64,000 bases of DNA from Lachnospiraceae bacterium (lineage in GTDB: Bacteria > Bacillota > Clostridia > Lachnospirales > Lachnospiraceae), in NCBI GenBank assembly GCA_024695665.1, contig JAILHT010000003.1, positions 10,870-74,869 of the forward strand, read 5' to 3'. The position numbers and the translations under genes are program-made. The notes under the pieces were generated by a model. It was not told the origin of the DNA. It worked only from the letters and a program-made list of their open reading frames with translations, and did not search any database. Shown here piece by piece: positions 16,026 through 25,732 of the stretch. How positions within the stretch are numbered: the stretch's first letter is position 1; every line of letters starts with the position of its first letter.

Positions 16026-17246
16026 TTATAAAAGTCTTATCGTTAAGATCAGCTTATCCAAATCTTCGTAATAATATGCTTTTGTCATATCCGGGCAAAA
16101 ATCCTTTATATGAAATTCCACAAGAAGATAATTGACCGCAGCATCATATGCCTCCTGCGTCATAAATTTCAATGAAACACTCTCATCTTGGTTTGTCACG
16201 GCCTCGTTTAACACACTGCCCAAAATGCCTTCATCAAAAGTATCAAAGCAACGGTTTTCGTGAACAAAATAGGTATATGTTGTATCTTCCGCTATAGGTA
16301 TATCGAAGGTGCTCGTTATTGTGTAATCGGCAGAAATATCAGAATCCGTCATACATAGGTAACTATAATTTATTATCGAGGCGCTGTTCTCCGTCTCGGT
16401 GTCGGTAAAAGTTGTATTTGCCCAGGTGACATCAACATGATAAAAACTTCCTTCTATATTTATCATATTCCATGCGTGCAGTTCCTCCATTCCCATACCG
16501 GTAACAACTATAGATTGAATACCGCATTTTGTTGCAAGATACTGCAGCGCATTCGCAAATCCCTGGCAGACTGTGGACCTGTTTAAAAACACACTCACTA
16601 TGGTCTGATTGTCCTTGGCATTCTTGTCATAGGTGACATTCGATGCCAACAGTGTGTAAAGTATTTTTAGTTTTGTATAATCATCGGCCTCTGCAGGTAC
16701 GGCATCAGTATAACCGCTCACAGCCGAATCTATCTGTTCCTGAATAGAATCCCTCTCGGTCTTCGTCATACTGTATCCCGGTGTGAACTCTATTCCTACA
16801 ACCATTCCTCCTATTGTATACTCAGTATAACTGTATCCCGATACCCAAAAAAGCTCCCCGTGATCGGCCAGCACCCGATTGAATACATCATCCAGTTTTT
16901 CCGGACTTCTCGTCTGAATGGCCACATTTGAATCATGATTCATTATCGTTGTCAGTATTTCATTGTAAATAGTTCTGTCATCATCTCCGAGCATCGAATA
17001 CTCGTAACAACCATCTGAAATGCTCTCTGTCTCTTTAAAATCGAGAAACGGTGCAACTTCGCTTTCGCTCTCCTCCTCCGAAGCGCTTTCGCTCTCCCCT
17101 TCCGATTCTTGAAATTTTCCCTCTTCCAAAGCGTCAAGATAGCTTTCCATATCCGGTTTCCTGCAACCATTCACAAACAGAAGTGCGATTAAGATTGCTG
17201 CGGAGATTCTCACCGGCTTTGATCTAAGGATTGCTTTTATTATCAT
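16026..17246 (-). CDS. transglutaminase-like (Cys-His-Asp core) putative lipoprotein
   Basis: 406 aa. Signal peptide ending LFVNGC (lipobox-like), an acidic linker (ESEGESESASEEESESE), and core motifs CQGFANALQY...HAWNMI...VDVTW. Confidence 0.75.
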   Translation of the reverse strand: MIIKAILRSKPVRISAAILIALLFVNGCRKPDMESYLDALEEGKFQESEGESESASEEESESEVAPFLDFKETESISDGCYEYSMLGDDDRTIYNEILTTIMNHDSNVAIQTRSPEKLDDVFNRVLADHGELFWVSGYSYTEYTIGGMVVGIEFTPGYSMTKTERDSIQEQIDSAVSGYTDAVPAEADDYTKLKILYTLLASNVTYDKNAKDNQTIVSVFLNRSTVCQGFANALQYLATKCGIQSIVVTGMGMEELHAWNMINIEGSFYHVDVTWANTTFTDTETENSASIINYSYLCMTDSDISADYTITSTFDIPIAEDTTYTYFVHENRCFDTFDEGILGSVLNEAVTNQDESVSLKFMTQEAYDAAVNYLLVEFHIKDFCPDMTKAYYYEDLDKLILTIRLL

Positions 17247-17351
17247 TGAGTTTTAACCCCTTAACTGTTATTCTTATATTTGATTTCAAAAACACTTTTT
17301 GCTTTTGTATATTCAATTATAAATATAAACCAGCATAAAAAAAGGAGCAAT

Positions 17352-17858
17352 ATGCTGTCACTTCAAATAAAAAATGTTAAACAATTTATGATCGATCTGC
17401 TAAAGAGCGAATATTTTGACAATTTCCTGCTGGATGAGGCTTATATAAACACAAATGCCTCATTTTATATCGACGGAACAATACAAAACGGTTTCTACAC
17501 TGATGAGGACAAAGAGGAGCTCTCTTTATCGGGGTTAAAAAAGCTTCCGTATTCCTATTTAAAGAACAACTGCTTTGAACTCATAAAAGGAAAACGCACC
17601 CCCGTATCGTTTAAATTTGTATTTCTTCTGCCGAAACAGACGGTCGACGAGATAAAAAAATCCACCGCCATAAGTTTTGATGATGCATCCGTCACAAATA
17701 TGTATTTTATATGCAGTTATAACGATGGAAAGCTGTTCCTTACAGACGGTATTTCATACCAAACTTTCGTACCGGGACATGAATTGGACAAGGCGCTTGA
17801 CAACTACTTGAAAACCTTTCTTAATAAACTGCAAATAGACTATGATGAGGCCATTTAA
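17352..17858 (+). CDS. conserved hypothetical cytoplasmic protein (possibly DUF5721-like)
   Basis: ATG 17352 is preceded by AAAGGAG, whereas the track start at 17280 is a TTG without an RBS. 168 aa with no recognisable catalytic motif. The family assignment is from memory only. Confidence 0.4.
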   Translation: MLSLQIKNVKQFMIDLLKSEYFDNFLLDEAYINTNASFYIDGTIQNGFYTDEDKEELSLSGLKKLPYSYLKNNCFELIKGKRTPVSFKFVFLLPKQTVDEIKKSTAISFDDASVTNMYFICSYNDGKLFLTDGISYQTFVPGHELDKALDNYLKTFLNKLQIDYDEAI

Positions 17859-17862
17859 ATGC

Positions 17863-17891
17863 TTTACTTTCAAATTTAGGTATGCTAAAAT
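17863..17891 (+). promoter_or_regulatory. sigma-A-type promoter of the cold-shock gene
   Basis: TTTACT (17863-17868), 17 nt, TAAAAT (17886-17891). Confidence 0.5.
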
Positions 17892-17936
17892 TTTTTTGTG
17901 CAAATTGTACGCACATTAATTTTTTGGAGGTACGTT

Positions 17937-18140
17937 ATGAGTAAGGGTACTGTTAAATGGTTCAACAATCAGAAGGGCTTTGGTTTCATCTCAGATGAGG
18001 CAGGAAATGACATTTTCGTTCATTTCTCAGGCATCACAATGGATGGATTTAAGACGCTTGAGCAGGGGGCTCCGGTAGAGTATGAAGTTGTTGACGGAAC
18101 AAAAGGTCCTCAGGCCGTAAATGTAAGCGTAGTTAGATAA
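17937..18140 (+). CDS. cold-shock protein (CspA family)
   Basis: [18 protein letters not shown]...DIFVHFS contains the RNP1 and RNP2 motifs. 67 aa. GGAGG RBS. The track start at 17898 is a GTG extension. Confidence 0.95.
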   Translation: MSKGTVKWFNNQKGFGFISDEAGNDIFVHFSGITMDGFKTLEQGAPVEYEVVDGTKGPQAVNVSVVR

Positions 18141-18161
18141 TTGAACTACAAAAACAAAACT

Positions 18162-18198
18162 AGGCTGTCGTCGGTATATCCGAACGGCAGCCTTTTTA
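18162..18198 (+). terminator. rho-independent terminator of csp
   Basis: AGGCTGTCG...CGGCAGCCT stem followed by TTTTT. Confidence 0.7.
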
Positions 18199-18269
18199 TG
18201 TACACATTTTATGTCAATATTCGAGTGTTTTAACTATAGTCGAAGTTCTTGCCCCCGGCCGAGCTAAAA

Positions 18270-20540
18270 CTATTCATTTAAATACATATCTTCAAAACGC
18301 GCTATTTCCATTGACTTTGAGAAGAAGTTTCCCGAGAAGATATCACATCCCACTCGTTTTAAAAATTTCATCTGATCATAAGTCTCGACGCCCTTACATG
18401 CAACGGTTATGCCCAGCTCTTTTGACATTTGTATCATTGCGGTAAGAATACTTCTCGCTCTCTCATCATCTGCATTTCCCAAAAATCCGATATCGAGTTT
18501 TAATACGTTTAATGTTGCATATTTTAATAGTCTAAGTGAGGACTCTCCCGTTCCAAAATCTGACATTGCAACATCTATTCCATATCCCTGAAAACGCTTA
18601 ATTACATCTGCCTGTCTGTCAACCTCAGTCATGACAGAGTCCTCGGAAATGGTTACCTTTATATTCTTGGAAGGTATCTCGTATTTTTCACAAAGTTCGG
18701 TTATGACCTCAAACGAATCCATCATATACAAATCCTTGGTGGAAATCTTTAATGCCAAAAACAAATCGTCTCTTCCCATATCGATCCATCTTCTCAGATA
18801 GACACAGGCCTTTTCCCACACATATCGGTCAAGCCTGTATGTGAGTCCTTTTTCCTCAAGTACCGGGACAAATCCCGATTCCGTTATGAGCCCCTTTTCC
18901 GGATGCATCCAACATGCGGATATCTCGCCACCCTTGATATCTCCTGCGGAGTCGGTCTGCGGTTCGACAATCAGACCAATCTGTCCGGTCTCAATCGCAT
19001 CATAAATCTCTGTTTCAATGTTCTGAGCCTGAAGCATGTCTTCTGTGACAGTCTCATCATAAAATGCCACTACTCTGTCTCTGGACCCTTTTATTGTCTG
19101 TATTGCAGCAAAAGCATTGTCACACATTACCTGAGGGTTTACATTTTTGTCATTGATCCTGTAAATACCGGCATAAAATCTTATATTATACGCATACTCT
19201 TTGGCAAGCTTTATCTCATTTACCCTCTCTTTGTTAAACATATTCATAGAGAATCGTTCAGCAGGCATAAGAAGCGCAAAACGATCTGCCCCGAGATATC
19301 CGTATACGTAACCTTTTATCGCATATTCTTTAAAAAGGGATGCGACAAAACGGAGAACCTCATCACCGGCCTCCTGGCCAAACAGTTTATTTATCAACCT
19401 GAATCTGTAAATATCAATTCCAAGCAAAAGATAATCTTTGTCCGGGAACGCCTCAAGCTCCTCTTTCACCCTGATATAGAAATAGTCTTTTCTGTATAAC
19501 CCTGTAAGTGGGTCATGCATCGTATTATATCTTTCCTGCTCACGCTTGATAACATCTTTTGTCTCATCCTTAAGCATATAGAGATTACCGATATAATTGC
19601 CTTCTTTATCGGTTATACGATTGAATTTCATATCATAATAGATTCTCTCGCCGTCTTCCGTGTCGAGATAATTGTGAATCTGGCGTACATCCATCTTCTC
19701 GTACTGGTTTGATATTCTCCAGTTCTCAATGATCATATTGAGTTCCGGTGTCTTTGCCAGAAAATTCTTTGCGCTGGCATTTGAGAAAATCCTTCTTCCG
19801 TCATCTTCCTCTATAACAATACCGTATACCGACTTGTCAACAACCAGTCCCATCGTGTTGTTTATAAGCCCTTTCGGGATATATCTTATACAGAAATAAT
19901 AAAGTACGGCAGCGACTACTGTATAAAGCGGAACTGACAGATTAAACTCCCATCCGTAGAAAATATAACATCCGTCAAAGAAGCCCACCGCGGTCATAAC
20001 AACCAGCATAAAGAAAAACTTTTTTCTGTATATTGCAGCGGAAAGAAAAGTCTTATAAACCATACAGAACACGCTCATGAGTATAATTATATACGCCCAG
20101 GTAAGATGCGTGAAAAATGCAGGTTTAAGTTCCATTACGTACCAGAAAAAATCTCCACCCTCAATGCATTTTTTCAGTGTAAACAGATGTCCCGTAAACA
20201 TATTTAAGACAAGCGATGCCGAATCCAGCATGATAAGGCTTATCATAATATTCTTTTTTAGGAGCGGATGATCGGGTTCTCCGATATAATCCAGACTGAA
20301 CAATAACAGATAATATCCCAGCCATTCCGTGGCTACAAGATACAGGCAATATGCAACGGACGACAAATAGATCTGCGTGCTCAAAGCTATGATGACATGG
20401 CAGATCTCAACTATAAGTCCGGCACCCATCAATTTGAGCACACTATTTGGAAAATATTGTCTTCGGTTTTTGATGCTGCTTACAAGTCCGATTAAGACGG
20501 ATATGGCAACAATAAGTAATATAAGAAAAGATACTCTCAA
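18270..20540 (-). CDS. polytopic membrane protein with degenerate GGDEF and degenerate EAL domains
   Basis: 756 aa with an N-terminal ~230 aa multi-TM region. The GGDEF position reads GADRF (YGYLGADRFALL). In the EAL domain, EAL reads EIS, DDFGTG reads SDFGTG, EGVE reads KGVE and QG reads SG, while the KxD (KLD) motif is kept. TTG start 20540 overlaps the clpX stop and is preceded by GAGGG. Confidence 0.8.
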   Translation of the reverse strand: MRVSFLILLIVAISVLIGLVSSIKNRRQYFPNSVLKLMGAGLIVEICHVIIALSTQIYLSSVAYCLYLVATEWLGYYLLLFSLDYIGEPDHPLLKKNIMISLIMLDSASLVLNMFTGHLFTLKKCIEGGDFFWYVMELKPAFFTHLTWAYIIILMSVFCMVYKTFLSAAIYRKKFFFMLVVMTAVGFFDGCYIFYGWEFNLSVPLYTVVAAVLYYFCIRYIPKGLINNTMGLVVDKSVYGIVIEEDDGRRIFSNASAKNFLAKTPELNMIIENWRISNQYEKMDVRQIHNYLDTEDGERIYYDMKFNRITDKEGNYIGNLYMLKDETKDVIKREQERYNTMHDPLTGLYRKDYFYIRVKEELEAFPDKDYLLLGIDIYRFRLINKLFGQEAGDEVLRFVASLFKEYAIKGYVYGYLGADRFALLMPAERFSMNMFNKERVNEIKLAKEYAYNIRFYAGIYRINDKNVNPQVMCDNAFAAIQTIKGSRDRVVAFYDETVTEDMLQAQNIETEIYDAIETGQIGLIVEPQTDSAGDIKGGEISACWMHPEKGLITESGFVPVLEEKGLTYRLDRYVWEKACVYLRRWIDMGRDDLFLALKISTKDLYMMDSFEVITELCEKYEIPSKNIKVTISEDSVMTEVDRQADVIKRFQGYGIDVAMSDFGTGESSLRLLKYATLNVLKLDIGFLGNADDERARSILTAMIQMSKELGITVACKGVETYDQMKFLKRVGCDIFSGNFFSKSMEIARFEDMYLNE

Positions 20541-22063
20541 CTTACGCCCTCTATCTGAGGCACACCTCTCATCTGTATAAGAGGTGACCCGGTTCCCTCT
20601 ATGTATTCTTTCGTAATAGTTACTGTTCCTATATTATCATCCTTTGGAATCTCGTACATGATATCCAACATGTACTCTTCCAATATAGCCCTGAGTGCTC
20701 GGGCTCCAACCTTCTTCTCCTTGGCCTTTGCGGCTATAACATGAAGAGCCTCCTCATCAAATCTGAGTTCCACCTCGTCCATTGCGAGAAGTTTTTTATA
20801 CTGACTTAATATAGCATTTTTTGGCTTTGAAAGAATCTCAACCAGCATATCTTCCGTGAGTTCTTCGAGTGCAAAAAGAACAGGCAGTCTTCCCAAAAAT
20901 TCAGGAATCATTCCGTACTTTCTGACATCCTCAACAACGACCTTTGTCTGCAAATTCGGCTCGTCATCGTATTTATCCTTCAAATCCGCTCTGAAACCTA
21001 TAGAAGCCTCCTTGTTGAGTCTCTCTTTTATAATCTCCTCCAGATCAGGAAATGCTCCTCCGCAGATAAACAGTATATTCTTTGTATCTACAGTAACCAT
21101 CGGAACCATGGCATTCTTGCTACTGGCTCCCACAGGAACCTCAACAAGGGAACCTTCAAGGAGTTTTAACATTCCCTGCTGAACAGACTCTCCGCTCACA
21201 TCCCTCTGGTTTGTATTCTTCTTTTTGGCAATCTTATCTATCTCATCGATAAATATGATTCCCTGCTCAGCTTTCTCAACATCATTGTCTGCGGCAGCCA
21301 AAAGCTTGCTGACAACACTTTCTATATCATCACCGATATATCCGGCTTCCGTGAGTGAAGTGGCATCCGTTATCGCAAGCGGAACATTGAGAATTCTCGC
21401 AAGTGTCTTTACCAAATATGTCTTTCCCGAACCGGTCGGTCCTATCATAAGCATATTGGATTTCTCAATCTCTATTCCGTCTTCATCCCTGCTGCTTGCA
21501 ATTCTCTTGTAATGATTGTATACGGCAACAGACATTACCTTCTTTGCCTGCTCCTGTCCGATGACATACTCGTCCAAAGCTGCTTTAATCTTGTGTGGTG
21601 CCGGCATATCTTTAAGCTCAATGATAGGATGAATAGGTTCATCTTTTTTATGTGTCTTAACCTTCGGACGGTTCGGCATAAGTCCCTGAAGATCACTCAG
21701 GTTTATCATGCTGATATTTGGCATTCTTCTGTGGGAATCCGACTTTTTGTCCTTGTCGTTATCCTTCTTGTCCGGTGTGTCCTCCCCGGAATCTGAGGCC
21801 GTTTCAATCTCGGTGCTCTCATTATTTTCTTTTTTTGAGTAATCTGATGCACTGCCCGTTGGCTCCGTGTTCGCAAATCCCATAGTTTGCGGATCCATTC
21901 CGAATCCCATTCCCGGGAAGCCCGCTGACTGCATTGTATCAAGTGTTGACTGCATACAATCACTGCATATGCATATATTTCCGGGTATCTTTATAAGCTT
22001 GCCACACTGGCTCTCCGGTCTACGGCAGATGTAGCAAAACTCCTCATTATCTATTTCTGACAT
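20537..22063 (-). CDS. clpX: ATP-dependent Clp protease ATP-binding subunit ClpX (paralogue with ~85-aa low-complexity insert after the zinc-binding domain)
   Basis: 508 aa. C4 zinc-binding domain (CYIC...CSDC), Walker A GPTGSGKT, Walker B IFIDEIDK, pore loop GYIG, IGF ClpP-docking loop (ASIGFRA). The insert (GMGFGMDPQ...KKDNDKDKKSD...) sits between the zinc-binding domain and ...LDEYVIGQ. AAGGAG RBS. Confidence 0.9.
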   Translation of the reverse strand: MSEIDNEEFCYICRRPESQCGKLIKIPGNICICSDCMQSTLDTMQSAGFPGMGFGMDPQTMGFANTEPTGSASDYSKKENNESTEIETASDSGEDTPDKKDNDKDKKSDSHRRMPNISMINLSDLQGLMPNRPKVKTHKKDEPIHPIIELKDMPAPHKIKAALDEYVIGQEQAKKVMSVAVYNHYKRIASSRDEDGIEIEKSNMLMIGPTGSGKTYLVKTLARILNVPLAITDATSLTEAGYIGDDIESVVSKLLAAADNDVEKAEQGIIFIDEIDKIAKKKNTNQRDVSGESVQQGMLKLLEGSLVEVPVGASSKNAMVPMVTVDTKNILFICGGAFPDLEEIIKERLNKEASIGFRADLKDKYDDEPNLQTKVVVEDVRKYGMIPEFLGRLPVLFALEELTEDMLVEILSKPKNAILSQYKKLLAMDEVELRFDEEALHVIAAKAKEKKVGARALRAILEEYMLDIMYEIPKDDNIGTVTITKEYIEGTGSPLIQMRGVPQIEGVS

Positions 22064-22152
22064 AATAACTCCTTAATTCACTCTTAATGTTTCTATTATG
22101 AACAAGAATTATTCAATTGGCAAGTTTTTGAAAATTAAAAAATTATTAAAGT

Positions 22153-23076
22153 TTAAATTCTGTACAAAGCCACAATAATAGGCATTGTTATGATACATCC
22201 CAGAGTTGTAAAGACATTGATTGCGCCCGCATAATCCGCATCTTTTTCATATACCACGGACATCTGGGTTATTGTCGAAGCAGACGGTGTTGTGGTCGCC
22301 AAAAGTGTTATGAGAAGAACTGTCTCACCCTCCGGAATAAGTGACGCGACATTGGTAAACTTTATAATTGAAAGAACTATCAACGGTACAACTATAAGCC
22401 TTAGTGCGACAATAAGCGGTAACCTCTTGTATATAAGCATATTCTTAAGCGGTTTTGATCCTATTATCATACCTGTGACAAGCATAGCTGTAGGTCCGAT
22501 CATAGAACTCAACGATTCCATCGTATCCTGCAGAGGCCCCGGGAATCTGAATCCTGTCAAAAATATGATTATACCCAGGAAAACTGATATCATATTGACG
22601 TTTAAGAGAATCTTTTTTATGTCTATTCCCTTCTCCTCCCTAATCGTGGATTTTGCATGACTCCACAGGAAGAAAAGTTGGACGGAAACATATGCGCAGG
22701 AATAGACAACCCACTCGCTTCCCAGTACAGCGGAAACTATCGGAATGATAAGATTTGCCGCGTTTGAATATATTACGGAAAGAATCTCAACCGAGTCCAT
22801 CTTCAATACTTTTCTCATCGGAATAGTAAGCAACAACAGAATCGCATGTATCGCAAGCGCCGCCGAAAAAGCCATAAGCAGTCCGCTCACAACCTCATCC
22901 GTCACATCCACCTCAAAAGAGGTGATTATTGCGCACGGTGTAGCTATATAGAGTACAATAGCAGACAGAACCTTGCTGTCCTCCGATTTCAGCACACCGA
23001 CTTTCACTATGACCGCCCCTAAAAAAAGGATAAGAAACAGCGAAAATATTTTTTCAATCAACAAAAGTGTTATCAT
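22153..23076 (-). CDS. AEC (auxin efflux carrier) family transporter
   Basis: 307 aa with ~10 predicted TM helices. The N-terminus (IFSLFLILFLGAVIVKVGVL...) is typical of the AEC/MalP-like family. Confidence 0.7.
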   Translation of the reverse strand: MITLLLIEKIFSLFLILFLGAVIVKVGVLKSEDSKVLSAIVLYIATPCAIITSFEVDVTDEVVSGLLMAFSAALAIHAILLLLTIPMRKVLKMDSVEILSVIYSNAANLIIPIVSAVLGSEWVVYSCAYVSVQLFFLWSHAKSTIREEKGIDIKKILLNVNMISVFLGIIIFLTGFRFPGPLQDTMESLSSMIGPTAMLVTGMIIGSKPLKNMLIYKRLPLIVALRLIVVPLIVLSIIKFTNVASLIPEGETVLLITLLATTTPSASTITQMSVVYEKDADYAGAINVFTTLGCIITMPIIVALYRI

Positions 23077-23202
23077 TCATAAACCCCCACAAAAACCCTT
23101 TTTATCCCGGGAGAAACGTATATCTAAACAGCAGATACTTATCCCGGCTGAGATAAAATATACCTCGAAAATTGATAACAATCTCCGAGGTAATAAATGT
23201 AT

Positions 23203-24843
23203 CTAGTTGTCGTTCTCGTCGTCCTCAGACATAAGATATACAGATCTCTTTCTGGCCATCTCATCGCTCTCAAGATACTCATCATAAGTTGTAACCTTAT
23301 CGATTATGGAACCGTCCGGCATAAACTCTATTATTCTGTTTGCGGTTGTCTGTACAACCTGGTGATCTCTCGACGCAAAAAGGAGTACGCCCGGGAACTT
23401 TATAAGTCCGTTGTTGAGTGCTGTTATAGACTCCATGTCGAGGTGGTCGGTAGGCTCATCTAAGATGAGAACATTAGAAGCCTCTATCATCATTCTTGAG
23501 AGAAGCACTCTGACCTTCTCTCCTCCGGAGAGAACTCTCATCTTCTTCACACCGTCTTCTCCCGCAAAAAGCATACGTCCTAGGAATCCTCTTACATATG
23601 TCGCATCCTTTATCTCAGAGAACTGTGTAAGCCAGTCTACAATTGTAAGACCGTTGTCAAAGATTGCTGTGTTATCCTTCGGGAAATATGACTGTGATGT
23701 GGTTACTCCCCATTTGTAAGTTCCCTCATCAGGTTCCATCTCCCCTGCAAGAATCTTAAAAAGTGTTGTCTTTGCAAACTCGTTTCCGCCTACAAAGCCC
23801 ACCTTGTCATCATGTCCAAGAATAAACGAAACATTGTTTAATACTTTTACCCCGTCGATTGTCTTTGATATCCCGTCAACGGTGAGTACCTCATTTCCTA
23901 TCTCTCTTCCCGGTCTGAAATCAATATACGGATATTTTCTGCTTGAAGGTCTAATCTCTTCAAGCTCTATTTTTTCAAGCGCTTTCTTTCTCGAAGTAGC
24001 CTGTTTTGATTTTGAAGCATTTGCGGAGAATCTTGAAATAAAGTCCTGAAGTTCCTTTATCTTCTCCTCTTTCTTCTTGTTTGCCTCCTTCATCTGACGA
24101 ACCATGAGCTGTGAACTCTCATACCAGAAATCATAATTTCCTGCATAGAGCTGTATCTTTCCATAGTCAATGTCCGCAATGTTTGTACAAACCTTATTTA
24201 AGAAATATCTGTCATGGCTGACAACGATGACTGTATTGTCAAAATTTATAAGGAATTCCTCAAGCCAACCGATTGCATCGAGATCGAGGTGGTTGGTAGG
24301 CTCATCCAAAAGAAGAATATCCGGATTTCCAAAAAGTGCCTGCGCGAGAAGGACTTTGACCTTGAGCGCTGAAGGCATATCTGACATAAGCGTGTAATGG
24401 TCTTCCTGCGGAACTCCAAGTCCGTTCAAAAGAGTTGCGGCATCGGCCTCTGCATTCCATCCGTCCATCTCTGCGAACTCTGCCTCGAGTTCTGAAGCAC
24501 GGATTCCGTCTTCATCAGAGAAATCTTCCTTCATGTAGATGGCTTCCTTTTCCTTCATGACATCATAGAGTCTCTTATTTCCCATTATAACGGTGTCAAG
24601 AACCGGATAAGCATCATATTTGAAATGGTCCTGCTGCAGGAAGGACATTCTCTGTCCCGGAGTGATAATGACATCTCCGCTTGTAGGTTCAAGCTGTCCG
24701 GAAAGAATCTTAAGGAAGGTAGATTTTCCCGCACCGTTTGCTCCGATCATTCCGTAGCAGTTTCCCTCTGTGAATTTTATGTTTACATCCTCAAAAAGAG
24801 CTTTTTTACCAAGTCTAAGTGTAATATTGCTGGCTTGTATCAT
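23203..24843 (-). CDS. ABC-F family ATPase (YbiT-like; two NBDs, no TMD)
   Basis: 546 aa. NBD1 has Walker A GANGAGKST and a non-canonical signature (MPSALKVKVLLAQALF) as in YbiT-type proteins. NBD2 has an atypical Walker A (GGNEFAKTT), signature LSGGEK and Walker B LILDEPTDHLD. Confidence 0.85.
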   Translation of the reverse strand: MIQASNITLRLGKKALFEDVNIKFTEGNCYGMIGANGAGKSTFLKILSGQLEPTSGDVIITPGQRMSFLQQDHFKYDAYPVLDTVIMGNKRLYDVMKEKEAIYMKEDFSDEDGIRASELEAEFAEMDGWNAEADAATLLNGLGVPQEDHYTLMSDMPSALKVKVLLAQALFGNPDILLLDEPTNHLDLDAIGWLEEFLINFDNTVIVVSHDRYFLNKVCTNIADIDYGKIQLYAGNYDFWYESSQLMVRQMKEANKKKEEKIKELQDFISRFSANASKSKQATSRKKALEKIELEEIRPSSRKYPYIDFRPGREIGNEVLTVDGISKTIDGVKVLNNVSFILGHDDKVGFVGGNEFAKTTLFKILAGEMEPDEGTYKWGVTTSQSYFPKDNTAIFDNGLTIVDWLTQFSEIKDATYVRGFLGRMLFAGEDGVKKMRVLSGGEKVRVLLSRMMIEASNVLILDEPTDHLDMESITALNNGLIKFPGVLLFASRDHQVVQTTANRIIEFMPDGSIIDKVTTYDEYLESDEMARKRSVYLMSEDDENDN

Positions 24844-24970
24844 TTTTATAAATCCTCATTCAACATAATAATACCGTCCGGGCATACTCCTCGGACAGCA
24901 TAACATTTAGTCAACGTTTCATATTTTACATTAAATTTATTATTTTGCAAGTATTACCTTTATATCCAAT

Positions 24971-25633
24971 CTACAGGAATACCTGAGCCGACGGGCAACA
25001 CTGTGCCAAAACACATCTGTCACAGTATGGTTTTGTCCTCGCGGTACACACCTCTCGTCCGTGATCGACCAGTCTGTGGCAAAAATCATTTCCCTCCTCC
25101 GGAGGAACAATCTTCCACAAAGCATCTTCCACTTTTTTAGGATCCTTTTCATCTTTCACAAGTCCAAGTCTGTTCGAAAGTCTTATGCAATGAGTATCAG
25201 TGACTATGGCTGGTTTTCCGTACACATCACCCAATATCAGATTTGCACTCTTTCTACCGACTCCCGGAAGTTTCAAAAGTTCTTCCATACTGTCCGGAAC
25301 AATGCCCTCAAAATCTGTGAGAAGCATTTTCATACAGGCATTTATGTCCCTGGCCTTACTCTTCCCGAGACCGCAAGGTTTTACTATCGCTTCTATCTCC
25401 TCAGGGGAAGCAAATGCAAGATCCTCCATCGTAGGAAACACTTTGTAAAGATCTTTTACGACAACATTGACCCTTGCATCCGTGCACTGTGCGGCAAGTC
25501 TCACACTCACAAGCAGCTTCCATGCATCATCAAAATCCAATGTGCAGTCTGTCTTTGGATATTCTTCTTTTAACAGATCTATGATTTTATGTACCCGTTC
25601 TTTTTTCGCCTTCAGTGATTCCCTCATACGCAC
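24971..25633 (-). CDS. nth: endonuclease III (DNA glycosylase/AP lyase)
   Basis: 220 aa. HhH-GPD motif (LLKLPGVGRKSANLILG), catalytic DTH, and 4Fe-4S cluster C-x6-C-x2-C-x5-C (CTARTKPYCDRCVLAQCC). Confidence 0.92.
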   Translation of the reverse strand: MRMRESLKAKKERVHKIIDLLKEEYPKTDCTLDFDDAWKLLVSVRLAAQCTDARVNVVVKDLYKVFPTMEDLAFASPEEIEAIVKPCGLGKSKARDINACMKMLLTDFEGIVPDSMEELLKLPGVGRKSANLILGDVYGKPAIVTDTHCIRLSNRLGLVKDEKDPKKVEDALWKIVPPEEGNDFCHRLVDHGREVCTARTKPYCDRCVLAQCCPSAQVFL

Positions 25634-25732
25634 TCCCTGTTCTTATATTTTAATTGCTTCTCTTATATTATAATAAATTTATGATATAATACACTTGTGT
25701 ATTTATATTTTTATTGTTGGGGGGATAGCATT

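Noticed and set aside
23106-23150. A long imperfect hairpin (CCGGGAGAAACGTATATCT...AGATACTTATCCCGG) in the 5' region of the AEC-transporter gene, considered as a possible riboswitch.
   Set aside because: The pairing is imperfect, it resembles no riboswitch class I know, and there is no obvious expression platform. I record it only as a low-confidence structure.
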